This document shows, one piece after another, positions 53,951-62,569 of a DNA stretch of 64,000 bases (positions are counted from its first letter, which is position 1; the number at the start of each line of letters is the position of its first letter). The stretch comes from a virus. Its lineage: Duplodnaviria > Caudoviricetes. The notes beneath the pieces were generated by a model. It made no database searches, had not been told where the DNA came from, and worked only from the letters and a program-made list of their open reading frames with translations. Location: IMG/VR virus record IMGVR_UViG_3300030104_006170; one strand, written 5' to 3'. The position numbers and the translations under genes were made by a program.

Positions 53951-54977
53951 TTTTAAAATAATCTTTAAAAATTTTTCCTTTATATTTTTCTAGTTTACTA
54001 TAAAGTTCCCCATCTTTTTGTTGTTTAATGTCTTCCATTAATACATCTATATCATTTTGTGTTTTAGGCATTAGGCCAACTAAAATTTCTGTAGGTACTT
54101 TGGTCGGTACTGTTTTCCAATACCTACAAAGTTGTATATATCCTAGGTTAACGCCTATATTTTTTGTTATTTTTAAATTAGTTGAAAATTTTAGAATAGT
54201 AAGTATGGTTATTAGTAGTGGATTTTTAATTACTTCTTTTATTTTTACCTTAATGTGTCCCATTGTTTTTCTTTTAAACTCATTAAATTCTTTTCTGGTT
54301 AGCATTTTAACAAAAATATCTTGAGTATTTTTAAACTCGGTTGGTGATGATAAGTATTTTTTTTGTAGAAGAATAGTAGACATTCCGTTGAAGTGGTTGT
54401 ATTGTACTGGTACTTTTTTTATTTGCTTTCCTAGATTTAGTATCTTTGTAGAAAACATTACATCCTCAAATCCCCAATAATAACTTTCATCGTACCCATC
54501 TATTTCTAAAAATTTTTCTCTTTCTAAAACTACTGGTACTTCTTTTAGATATTTTTTTTGTTTTATAATTTTTAGTGGTTCAATATCTGTATGCAACTCC
54601 GGACCCACCATATATACTTTTTCAGTTAATTGATTTGTTAGTTTTTTAACCCAATTATTATCTAGTATTTCACAATCATCATGAAAAAGTGCAACGTACT
54701 TACTTTGTGAATTTATTACACCCGTATTAAAAGCTTTGGGTAAATGATTGGGTAGAGATTTTATTACATTTATTCTTTTATTTACCACATTTATATAACC
54801 TTCATCTAATAAAATATCTTTAACGTTTTGGTCTGGACTATTATCCACAACTATTAACTCAATCTGCCAACCTATATGGTCAGTTGTACTCATAATACTG
54901 GATAAAGTTCTTTCAGTTAAAAACTTATTATTTAATCCATTTGTAATTACTACACAAGAAATACTATTATTTACCAT
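53943..54977 (-). CDS. Family 2 glycosyltransferase
   Basis: LIVVDNS, FHDDC (DxD), GYDESYYWGFED. Confidence 0.85.
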   Translation of the reverse strand: MVNNSISCVVITNGLNNKFLTERTLSSIMSTTDHIGWQIELIVVDNSPDQNVKDILLDEGYINVVNKRINVIKSLPNHLPKAFNTGVINSQSKYVALFHDDCEILDNNWVKKLTNQLTEKVYMVGPELHTDIEPLKIIKQKKYLKEVPVVLEREKFLEIDGYDESYYWGFEDVMFSTKILNLGKQIKKVPVQYNHFNGMSTILLQKKYLSSPTEFKNTQDIFVKMLTRKEFNEFKRKTMGHIKVKIKEVIKNPLLITILTILKFSTNLKITKNIGVNLGYIQLCRYWKTVPTKVPTEILVGLMPKTQNDIDVLMEDIKQQKDGELYSKLEKYKGKIFKDYFKTI

Positions 54978-56158
54978 CCACCTTTTATTGCTTTAACAAT
55001 ATATTCTTTATCCTCTTTACTTAACCACCATCCAACTGGTATACAAATCATTTCATTAACTAACTTATCTAAGTTGGGTAAATTTCTTTTATATTTTTCT
55101 ACACACGAGTGTTTGTCATTACGTTCATGTATTCTACTAACCATTATACCTTTTGATTCCATCATGTCCATAAATTTTTTTTGATTTTTAACCCTGATTG
55201 TATAAATCCAATAAGAACATTCGTTTTCACTTTTTATTAATTTAAGATTTTTTAAACCCCTTAATTCTTTATTATAGTAAAGAGCATTTTGTTTGTGTTT
55301 TTCTAAAATACTTTCTATGTGTTTAAAATTACACAATCCTATGGTCGCAGAAATATCATTCATATGAAATTTAAATCCCCATTCAGGTATATCATTTTCA
55401 CATCTAAAATCTTTCCTATTATCCTCCCTATCAATACCATACCACCTTAAAAGTTTTGCTCTTTTATAGTATCTATTATTTGGTAGAATTAAACACCCAC
55501 CGTCAACTGTTGTAAGGTGTTTAATAGCTTGAAAACTATAGATAGTGAATGTATCGTGTTTGGTGTTTCCTAATTTTTTACCTTTATACTCGGAACCAAA
55601 TCCATGAGCCCCGTCTTGGATTATTACGGGTCTAAATCCGTATTTATTTTTACATTTTTGTTGTATTTTTTCTACCCTATCTAAGTCTATAGAGTTACCA
55701 CCCCAATGTACTAACATGATGATTTTGGTTTTTTCTGATATCTGTTTTTCTAAATCATCTAAACACATGTTACAAGTTTCTGGGTTAACATCAACCCATT
55801 TTATATTTAAATTATTGGCTAGTATAGGCCAGTTAGTGGCTGTACATGTAAGGGGACAACTGAGTACTTCGTCACCATCTTCTAAACCAGGCCACTCACC
55901 TAGTTGAGGTGCATAATCAGATGAAGATTCTATGGTGTTTGTTGGGTTTTTTAATAAATGTAAAGTTAGGTGTAAAGCTGAAGTAGCTGAATTTAATGTA
56001 ACAAGATTATTACTATCAAAATAGTTTTTTAATTTATCTTCAAACTTTTTTACCTGTGGTCCTTCACCCACAAAACCGGACATTAGTATTTTACCTACTT
56101 CAGTAGGTGCCTCCTCTGACATAAAAACTTTAAATAGGGGTATTTGGGTTTTATCCAT
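54971..56158 (-). CDS. DegT/DnrJ/EryC1/StrS PLP-dependent sugar aminotransferase
   Basis: GEGPQVKKFE, NSATSALHL, QDGAH, SFQAIKHLTTVDGG. Confidence 0.92.
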   Translation of the reverse strand: MDKTQIPLFKVFMSEEAPTEVGKILMSGFVGEGPQVKKFEDKLKNYFDSNNLVTLNSATSALHLTLHLLKNPTNTIESSSDYAPQLGEWPGLEDGDEVLSCPLTCTATNWPILANNLNIKWVDVNPETCNMCLDDLEKQISEKTKIIMLVHWGGNSIDLDRVEKIQQKCKNKYGFRPVIIQDGAHGFGSEYKGKKLGNTKHDTFTIYSFQAIKHLTTVDGGCLILPNNRYYKRAKLLRWYGIDREDNRKDFRCENDIPEWGFKFHMNDISATIGLCNFKHIESILEKHKQNALYYNKELRGLKNLKLIKSENECSYWIYTIRVKNQKKFMDMMESKGIMVSRIHERNDKHSCVEKYKRNLPNLDKLVNEMICIPVGWWLSKEDKEYIVKAIKGGW

Positions 56159-56194
56159 AATTTAAATATAAAATATTATGGATAATAAATCAAA

Positions 56195-56527
56195 TTAAAC
56201 TACTCCTGGTCCGTTGTCTTCGTCTTTGGGTCTATTTTCTTCAAACCACTCTACCATCGCATTAATTGCCCATACTGAACCACTAGCTAACATACCATCA
56301 AAAAATATACTAGTGTAAGGGATAAACGTCATACTTTCTGTTGGGGAGTAGAACGTTAATGAGAAAAAGAATCCTACCCATGTAGATGTACACATCATAC
56401 ATCCAATTAAGTCACCAAAAAAAGTTGATTTTTTTGTTATCCATTCTCTTGTGGTGTCAAATATACTACCAAATACTAATATTTGGGACATTCCGTAAGC
56501 TGCTAAAATCCATATAAGTGTTTCCAT
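56195..56527 (-). CDS. DUF1360-like membrane protein
   Basis: LIGCMMCTSTWVG in a TM context. Confidence 0.6.
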   Translation of the reverse strand: METLIWILAAYGMSQILVFGSIFDTTREWITKKSTFFGDLIGCMMCTSTWVGFFFSLTFYSPTESMTFIPYTSIFFDGMLASGSVWAINAMVEWFEENRPKDEDNGPGVV

Positions 56528-56530
56528 AAT

Positions 56531-56977
56531 TTAATCTAAGTATGTGTCGTTTAAGTTAGATGTTCTCATGTATTTTGTCCTTCTATTTACTGTAACGTTT
56601 TTAAAGTGTTCCAATACATCATCTTGTTCTTTTATTTTATTTTTTTGTTCGTTGATAGTGGTTTTTGACTCCACTAGTTCTAATTTTATTTTTTCTAACT
56701 CTTCTATCAAATGAGTGTCTTTAACCTCTTTTGTTATTATCTTTTCTACTATCACCTCTTTCTCTACCGGTATCTCTTTTATAACCTCTTTTATAATTTC
56801 TTTTTCTACAGGTACTTCTTGTATCTGAGATTTTGGTAAAAAAGGTGCAACACCGTATTTATCTAAAGTTAGTCCATCCTTTGCACATTTAACAATAAAA
56901 TCTGATATATTGTCTATCTCATTTAATTTACAATATTCATCAAATTCTTTTTTTAATGTTTTATTTATTTCAATCAT
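56531..56977 (-). CDS. Hypothetical protein with (V/I)PVEKE(I/V)I repeats
   Basis: ORF track. Confidence 0.65.
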   Translation of the reverse strand: MIEINKTLKKEFDEYCKLNEIDNISDFIVKCAKDGLTLDKYGVAPFLPKSQIQEVPVEKEIIKEVIKEIPVEKEVIVEKIITKEVKDTHLIEELEKIKLELVESKTTINEQKNKIKEQDDVLEHFKNVTVNRRTKYMRTSNLNDTYLD

Positions 56978-57752
56978 TAGTTAAAATTTCTTTTTCTTTT
57001 TCTATGTCCCCAATGTCTCTTATCTTAAAATTAAGATATGGTTGGTTATTATCAAGTGTAAAAAATTTATATTTTTCTGTGTTAACGTTGTAAACCCCAT
57101 ATCCATGATTTTTTATACTTTCACCGAAATTTTGTATTATAGTGGAACCAACCATATATGCTTTTTTACCCCTAGGAATTTTAAATGTTTGTCTTTTGTG
57201 TATATCACCAGCAAAAACAACATCACACCCATCAAATCTATCAACACTAAATCCATCGTCAAATACAAATCCGAAGTCATTTGAAGCTCCTTCTATCGGT
57301 CCATGAAATAAACCTATTTTATATTTATCCGTATCTTCAGGTATGTCCGGACTTACATTATGACTAGTAAGTGAGTAAACACACCATAAAATGTTATCAT
57401 CTACGTAGCAACCTTTATCTTTATAGTAAACAATGTTAGGGTTATCTAAACTTTCTACCACTGGTGATATAGCGTCCATCCTATCCATATTATTTTCTAA
57501 AAAGTCATGGTTTCCTATAATGTAAACACACTTGCAAATTTTTGCTGTTTCTGTCATCACCCAAGACATTAAATTTATTAACTCTGGTGTCATTTGATTT
57601 TTCGAGTGTACGAAATCTCCGGTAAACACAATTCTGTCTGGTTTTAGTTCTGTCCATTCCTCAATAGCCTTTTCTAAAACTTTTTTATCTCTTTTGTGTT
57701 GTTTGTAGAGTTTTAAGTGTAAATCAGAATAATGTATTATTTTATTTATCAT
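56970..57752 (-). CDS. SbcD/Mre11/T4 gp47-like metallophosphoesterase nuclease
   Basis: SDLH, GDFVH, GNHD, HG, GDIH. Confidence 0.9.
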   Translation of the reverse strand: MINKIIHYSDLHLKLYKQHKRDKKVLEKAIEEWTELKPDRIVFTGDFVHSKNQMTPELINLMSWVMTETAKICKCVYIIGNHDFLENNMDRMDAISPVVESLDNPNIVYYKDKGCYVDDNILWCVYSLTSHNVSPDIPEDTDKYKIGLFHGPIEGASNDFGFVFDDGFSVDRFDGCDVVFAGDIHKRQTFKIPRGKKAYMVGSTIIQNFGESIKNHGYGVYNVNTEKYKFFTLDNNQPYLNFKIRDIGDIEKEKEILTND

Positions 57753-58561
57753 TATCTACTTTTTATTTTATCTATTAATTCTGGAAAACTAATATTTACG
57801 TCATTATATAGTTTTTCAAAAATTAATCTTAGTAAAATTGTTATACCACCTATAATTAACAACCCAAGTAAGTGAGTAGTAACAACATGATAAGTATAAA
57901 TAATAATAATGAGTAATAATATTATCCTTCTATAGTTGTAATAAATTGTCATTATACCTTGATACAGTAGTTTTGCGTTATCATGTAACCACCCTAATCT
58001 TTTTTTAGGGTGTGTGTCTGTTAGTGCTCTAGAACTTATATCTGTAGTGAACATCATAAAAATGTAACAGGTAACAGAAACTAGGATTACATCTAAAAAC
58101 ATATACCAAAGAAAAAATATTATAGAAGGTATCAATATTATTGGTAGTTTACTGGTTCCATCCCGTAGTTCACCCCAAGTAGTTTCTATTTCTCTTTTTG
58201 CATCAGGTGCATTAACACTTAACATTACCGGAATTTCATATTCATTACCATATAGTTCTTTTAGAATTTTTAAACGATGATTACCATCCCTAGCTCTATA
58301 TTGGTGGTTTGTATCTCCTTTTTCTTCGAAAATTAAGATATACCCGTATTTTTCGGGATTATATCCTTCCTCGAGTATACTATTTTTTATTTTTCTAAAT
58401 CTTCTTTTTTGGAAAAAGTCTAATAATAAAATTACACTTAATATTTTTAAAATACCTTTAACGTAGTTTGGTCTTAGGTCGTGACTCCACGAGTCTTTAA
58501 TTTGTCCAATTTTTATTTTTTTAAGTTCATCATATTGTATGAGTTTACCTATTTCTGCCAT
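57752..58561 (-). CDS. ParB/Srx-like N-terminal domain fused to a multi-TM C-terminus
   Basis: YRARDGNHRL motif followed by about four hydrophobic helices. Confidence 0.6.
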   Translation of the reverse strand: MAEIGKLIQYDELKKIKIGQIKDSWSHDLRPNYVKGILKILSVILLLDFFQKRRFRKIKNSILEEGYNPEKYGYILIFEEKGDTNHQYRARDGNHRLKILKELYGNEYEIPVMLSVNAPDAKREIETTWGELRDGTSKLPIILIPSIIFFLWYMFLDVILVSVTCYIFMMFTTDISSRALTDTHPKKRLGWLHDNAKLLYQGIMTIYYNYRRIILLLIIIIYTYHVVTTHLLGLLIIGGITILLRLIFEKLYNDVNISFPELIDKIKSR

Positions 58562-59325
58562 TAGTTCATTATTTTTAATATTTCATCTCTAAAATCATAA
58601 CATTTAATAATTTTATAAGTATCATTATTTTCATTAAACCAAACTATATAACTGTCACCTAAATCTAGTTTTGTATTTCTTTCAACTATTAATTTATAAA
58701 AAGATAATTGTAGTGAATATGTATTTAATTCACAAACATCTAAATGACTTAAAGGTTCCTTAAATTGTTGCCATTTATTATTCTCTTTTATAGCTTTATT
58801 GGTTTTCCAATCCCAAATTTCTAATTTTTGTGATTTTTCGTTATAGAATAATTGGTCAATCATTCCTGTAACACCCCAATCTTTGTCTCCAACCACAACC
58901 TCTGCTCGTACTGGTATTAATTTACCAAAAGATTTATTGTAAAAATCATCAAACATTTTTTTTAATTTATTTACAGCTTCTTTACATTCTAACATATTTT
59001 CTTTACTACCTAAAGCTTCTGTTATTCTGTATTCTGGAAATGGAAATAATTTATTCGTTAAAAAATTTTCAGCGTATTCGTGAAAAGCCGAACCTTTTTC
59101 ACATGAAAAATCCGCTTTATATTTCCATTCTTTTAAGATTTCTTCTTTTGTTATACCTCTTTCATCTGCCTTTTTTTGTGACCAGTAATCTTTATCAAAT
59201 GGGTGTTTATATTTTCCTATTATTGACGTTACAGATTTTGTTCTTACTCCATCTAAATAATAGATGTGTTCCTTATCATGAAACTTTATATTATTAAATT
59301 TTGCTAATTCTCTTGTTATTTTCAT
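58561..59325 (-). CDS. PD-(D/E)XK exonuclease
   Basis: SVTSII, KGSAFH, AE, GMIDQL, DWKT, YSLQLSFY. Confidence 0.85.
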   Translation of the reverse strand: MKITRELAKFNNIKFHDKEHIYYLDGVRTKSVTSIIGKYKHPFDKDYWSQKKADERGITKEEILKEWKYKADFSCEKGSAFHEYAENFLTNKLFPFPEYRITEALGSKENMLECKEAVNKLKKMFDDFYNKSFGKLIPVRAEVVVGDKDWGVTGMIDQLFYNEKSQKLEIWDWKTNKAIKENNKWQQFKEPLSHLDVCELNTYSLQLSFYKLIVERNTKLDLGDSYIVWFNENNDTYKIIKCYDFRDEILKIMN

Positions 59326-59326
59326 A

Positions 59327-60241
59327 TTATAATAATTTTATTTCTTTGAGTCCTTTTAACCCACCTAATTCACCAACATCTTTATCTAAAGGTAATCTAA
59401 TTAACCTAATTCTACCATTTAGTTTACCACCATCTAGTTTTCTATATAAATTTTGTGCGTCTTTCCAAGCATCACCATCTAAACAAATTATAATATTCTT
59501 TTTTGCGTTATCATATAATTTATTCCATAGTTTGTCACTAACACTTTTCCCTAAAACGGGAATAGCGTTTGGTACAAAAAACATATCAAAGACACCTTCT
59601 ACTAAATATATATTTTCTTCCCAATTAATTAAGTGTTCGTTAAATATTATTTTATCTTTTTCGGCTTCAGGGTTTTTGTATTTATTTTTATGTCCAACAT
59701 AGGAACGTGAAACAAAGTAGTTGATTTCTTCATTTTCATCAAAAGATGGTACTATTATCCTACCACTATAGGGACCTTCTGTAGTATAACCTATAGAATA
59801 TTTAGAAATTACCTCATCATTTATATTTCTTTTTCTTAAATAATTATACGCTTCTTTATATGGTATTGTGAGTTTATTACCTTTACTAAATGAAATATAG
59901 TGTTTTGGTAATTTTACATCTTCGTACTTTCTTTTTTTTGTTTTTATGAAGTCACCACCTATTAACTCCCAAGTTGACTTATGTCTCCTATCACCCCACT
60001 TTAAAAATAATTTGTTTAGAGAACCGTGAGTACCGTATGTTTCAGAACAAGCCCAACATTTATAGACTCCTTGTTGGTAGTTTACTTCAAAGTTTCCTTT
60101 ACCGTCACCTTTATCCAATCCTTTAATATCGTAAGAACATACTGGACAATCAAAAGATATTTGTCCCTTATTAGGATAATGTGAATTTATTTCCCCTAAA
60201 ACATCCTGTAATAATTCTAATAATAGTGGTGAATCTTCCAT
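59327..60241 (-). CDS. DNA primase (Zn finger plus TOPRIM)
   Basis: CPVC..CWAC, YLRKR, RIIVP, KYKNP, VEGVFD, LDGD. Confidence 0.9.
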   Translation of the reverse strand: MEDSPLLLELLQDVLGEINSHYPNKGQISFDCPVCSYDIKGLDKGDGKGNFEVNYQQGVYKCWACSETYGTHGSLNKLFLKWGDRRHKSTWELIGGDFIKTKKRKYEDVKLPKHYISFSKGNKLTIPYKEAYNYLRKRNINDEVISKYSIGYTTEGPYSGRIIVPSFDENEEINYFVSRSYVGHKNKYKNPEAEKDKIIFNEHLINWEENIYLVEGVFDMFFVPNAIPVLGKSVSDKLWNKLYDNAKKNIIICLDGDAWKDAQNLYRKLDGGKLNGRIRLIRLPLDKDVGELGGLKGLKEIKLL

Positions 60242-60276
60242 ATGATAAATGTATGGAATTTTTTATAAGGAATCAA

Positions 60277-60873
60277 TTACCATAGATTATTTTGATTCAT
60301 ATGACCTAATACACAAGTATATGCGTCACACATATCAAAATTTTCTTTTTTAAGTGTATTATTTCTAGTATAAGCCCATGTTAAATGTGGTTCTTTGTTA
60401 GATACCTTTTGCCAAATAATATGTTTTTTATCACACCCTACTTCATATTTACCAAATAATACTTTTCTACCTTTTATATTTTCAGCGACTAATTCTGGGA
60501 AAGCAAATTTTCTAGAGTTGTAGGTTGATATGAATGAAGGGATAATACCTAATACATTATATATAGTTCTAGTTATAAAAGAATTGTACCTCATTAATGT
60601 AGCTACCGTTCTAATATTATTAGAGTTTATAAGTGGTTCTTCTATAATAACTTTAGTTATACCAATATTTTTATAGTCTATTAATTTGTCATGAAATTGG
60701 TCGGCTTTTACTAACATTTCTTCTATTTTATCTTCTCTTTTAGGTTTGACTTTAGGTGAGAAGTGTGTTAGTTCTAGTAGTTCTTGTTTTTGTATATCAA
60801 AAAGTGCCCATCCTATAGTTTTGGTTGATATGTCTAAACCTAATACTTTAGGGGTATTTCCTATATTATTCAT
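60277..60873 (-). CDS. RuvC-like Holliday junction resolvase
   Basis: LGLDIST, IIEE, DMCDAY. Confidence 0.75.
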   Translation of the reverse strand: MNNIGNTPKVLGLDISTKTIGWALFDIQKQELLELTHFSPKVKPKREDKIEEMLVKADQFHDKLIDYKNIGITKVIIEEPLINSNNIRTVATLMRYNSFITRTIYNVLGIIPSFISTYNSRKFAFPELVAENIKGRKVLFGKYEVGCDKKHIIWQKVSNKEPHLTWAYTRNNTLKKENFDMCDAYTCVLGHMNQNNLW

Positions 60874-60913
60874 CCGTAATCTTTTTTATTTTATATAATA
60901 CTATAAAATAATA

Positions 60914-62131
60914 TTAGAAAGTAAGTACTAGTTGTAGGTTTACGGGTGTGTTTTTTGCTTTTTCTATAGGTCTATCTGGAATAGCAACAGCTATTAGTCG
61001 GTTTGATGAGTCGTATAATCCTATTTCTGTTATATAAGAAGAACTTACATCTGATAAGTCCCATATGTTATGTACGTCACCAAATGGAGTTTGGAATTGT
61101 ATTCCTGTGTCGTCACCTCCCGCACCATAATAAGGTGTTTCTGCTGGTGAAGCTGTTTGATTTTCTGTAACATAAAATTCACCTGCCGCAGCAACAATAT
61201 CCACCACTATTCTATATTCTTTTTCAAAAGAATAAAAAGTACAATTTGCAGAACTAGAACCAGTAAAATATATCTGAGTAGCTGCAGATGCAAATGACAT
61301 TGTATTCGCATTAGGGTTTCCTTTATGGAATGGATACGCTAAGGTACCTCCAGTAGAAGCTCCACTATAATTAAAATTAGCAACAATACCTGGGTCCGTT
61401 ATAACAGCAAATCCTTTATCTAGATAAGCTATACCTACTGGACGGTCTTGTACTTGTGCATAAGCTTTAGGTGTTTTAGATGATGAGACTGTTTCTGTAA
61501 ATCTAAAATTATCTACACCAGCGTTAGGATATCCCGTTGGTGTGGTTCCTGAAACCCATCCACTTGACCAGCTTGTTATATTAGTGTTAGATGCTGATAA
61601 GGAAGGTCCCAGTATTTCATCACAAAACAAAAAGGCTACATTAGTTGATGGTAGTCCTGGATTACCAACTATATTACCAGATATTTTTGGGTTACCAAAA
61701 AATTCACCCTCATCAGAATTATCGGATGAGGTTGGCATTGGATTGTAGTAAGAACTATACAACTCATAATTACCTTCTGCCCCAGGATTTCCTTTAGGTA
61801 CTAATAGTTTTAATGTTCTACCATCTATTAATACCCCATATTCACTTTTTGGAATTTCAGCTACTATTGCTTGTGCTTGTGAAAGTCCACTAAAACCTGT
61901 ATTTGCCCAAGTTGATAGGAATGAATTTGTTGCCCCACTATTTGCTGGCATATTAAAGGAAGAGTATAGATTAGAAAAAGCTCTACCATTTGAAGGGTTT
62001 CTTTGTATTATTGTGAATGGTAAGCTTGACCCACTTATGTAGTTCCATCCAGTACTTGCAGAAGCATTGTAAGGTACTAGAACCGCTTCTATTCTTTTTT
62101 CATTTGTTTTTATTTTTTTAAATTTTCCCAT
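60914..62131 (-). CDS. Baseplate/tail structural protein
   Basis: C-terminal ITEIGLYDSSNRLIAVA motif typical of tail-collar/baseplate proteins; S/T/G-rich. Confidence 0.7.
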   Translation of the reverse strand: MGKFKKIKTNEKRIEAVLVPYNASASTGWNYISGSSLPFTIIQRNPSNGRAFSNLYSSFNMPANSGATNSFLSTWANTGFSGLSQAQAIVAEIPKSEYGVLIDGRTLKLLVPKGNPGAEGNYELYSSYYNPMPTSSDNSDEGEFFGNPKISGNIVGNPGLPSTNVAFLFCDEILGPSLSASNTNITSWSSGWVSGTTPTGYPNAGVDNFRFTETVSSSKTPKAYAQVQDRPVGIAYLDKGFAVITDPGIVANFNYSGASTGGTLAYPFHKGNPNANTMSFASAATQIYFTGSSSANCTFYSFEKEYRIVVDIVAAAGEFYVTENQTASPAETPYYGAGGDDTGIQFQTPFGDVHNIWDLSDVSSSYITEIGLYDSSNRLIAVAIPDRPIEKAKNTPVNLQLVLTF

Positions 62132-62132
62132 T

Positions 62133-62564
62133 TTAAACCCAACTTTTATAATTATTCGAATTTATAGCTCTATCTAAAACTAAAGATGCTCTACCCGCAA
62201 AGTAAAGGGGTACTACATGAAAAGGACTACCTTCAGTTCTACCATTTGCATTGTTTTGAATTCCTGGAAATACTTTATTTGTTGTTAATGACGGACTACT
62301 TGTGTAACTAACAAACATGTACTTACCTTTATCTGGTGGACTAACCACTGAGATGTATTTGGATGGTGCAAAAACTGCGTTATATTCACCAGGTGTACCA
62401 TAATATCTACTGGCCTCACTACTTCTAGATTGGTCGACAAATCTATTTCTAGCACCTCTTATTCTTTGGTTATCTACATATAAAATAGGTTCTTTTCCAA
62501 CCAAAACACTATTTTCAGTACATTTACTTTCACCCCTATAAAATTCTAAAGCTTTTGTATCCAT
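62133..62564 (-). CDS. Probable structural protein
   Basis: Located in the structural cluster. Confidence 0.55.
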   Translation of the reverse strand: MDTKALEFYRGESKCTENSVLVGKEPILYVDNQRIRGARNRFVDQSRSSEASRYYGTPGEYNAVFAPSKYISVVSPPDKGKYMFVSYTSSPSLTTNKVFPGIQNNANGRTEGSPFHVVPLYFAGRASLVLDRAINSNNYKSWV

Positions 62565-62569
62565 TTTAT

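Noticed and set aside
17650-60241. Introns, inteins or homing endonucleases in ligase, SbcC, primase or sigma genes
   Set aside because: Lengths and motif spacing are normal; no LAGLIDADG, HNH, GIY-YIG or intein splice motifs were seen.
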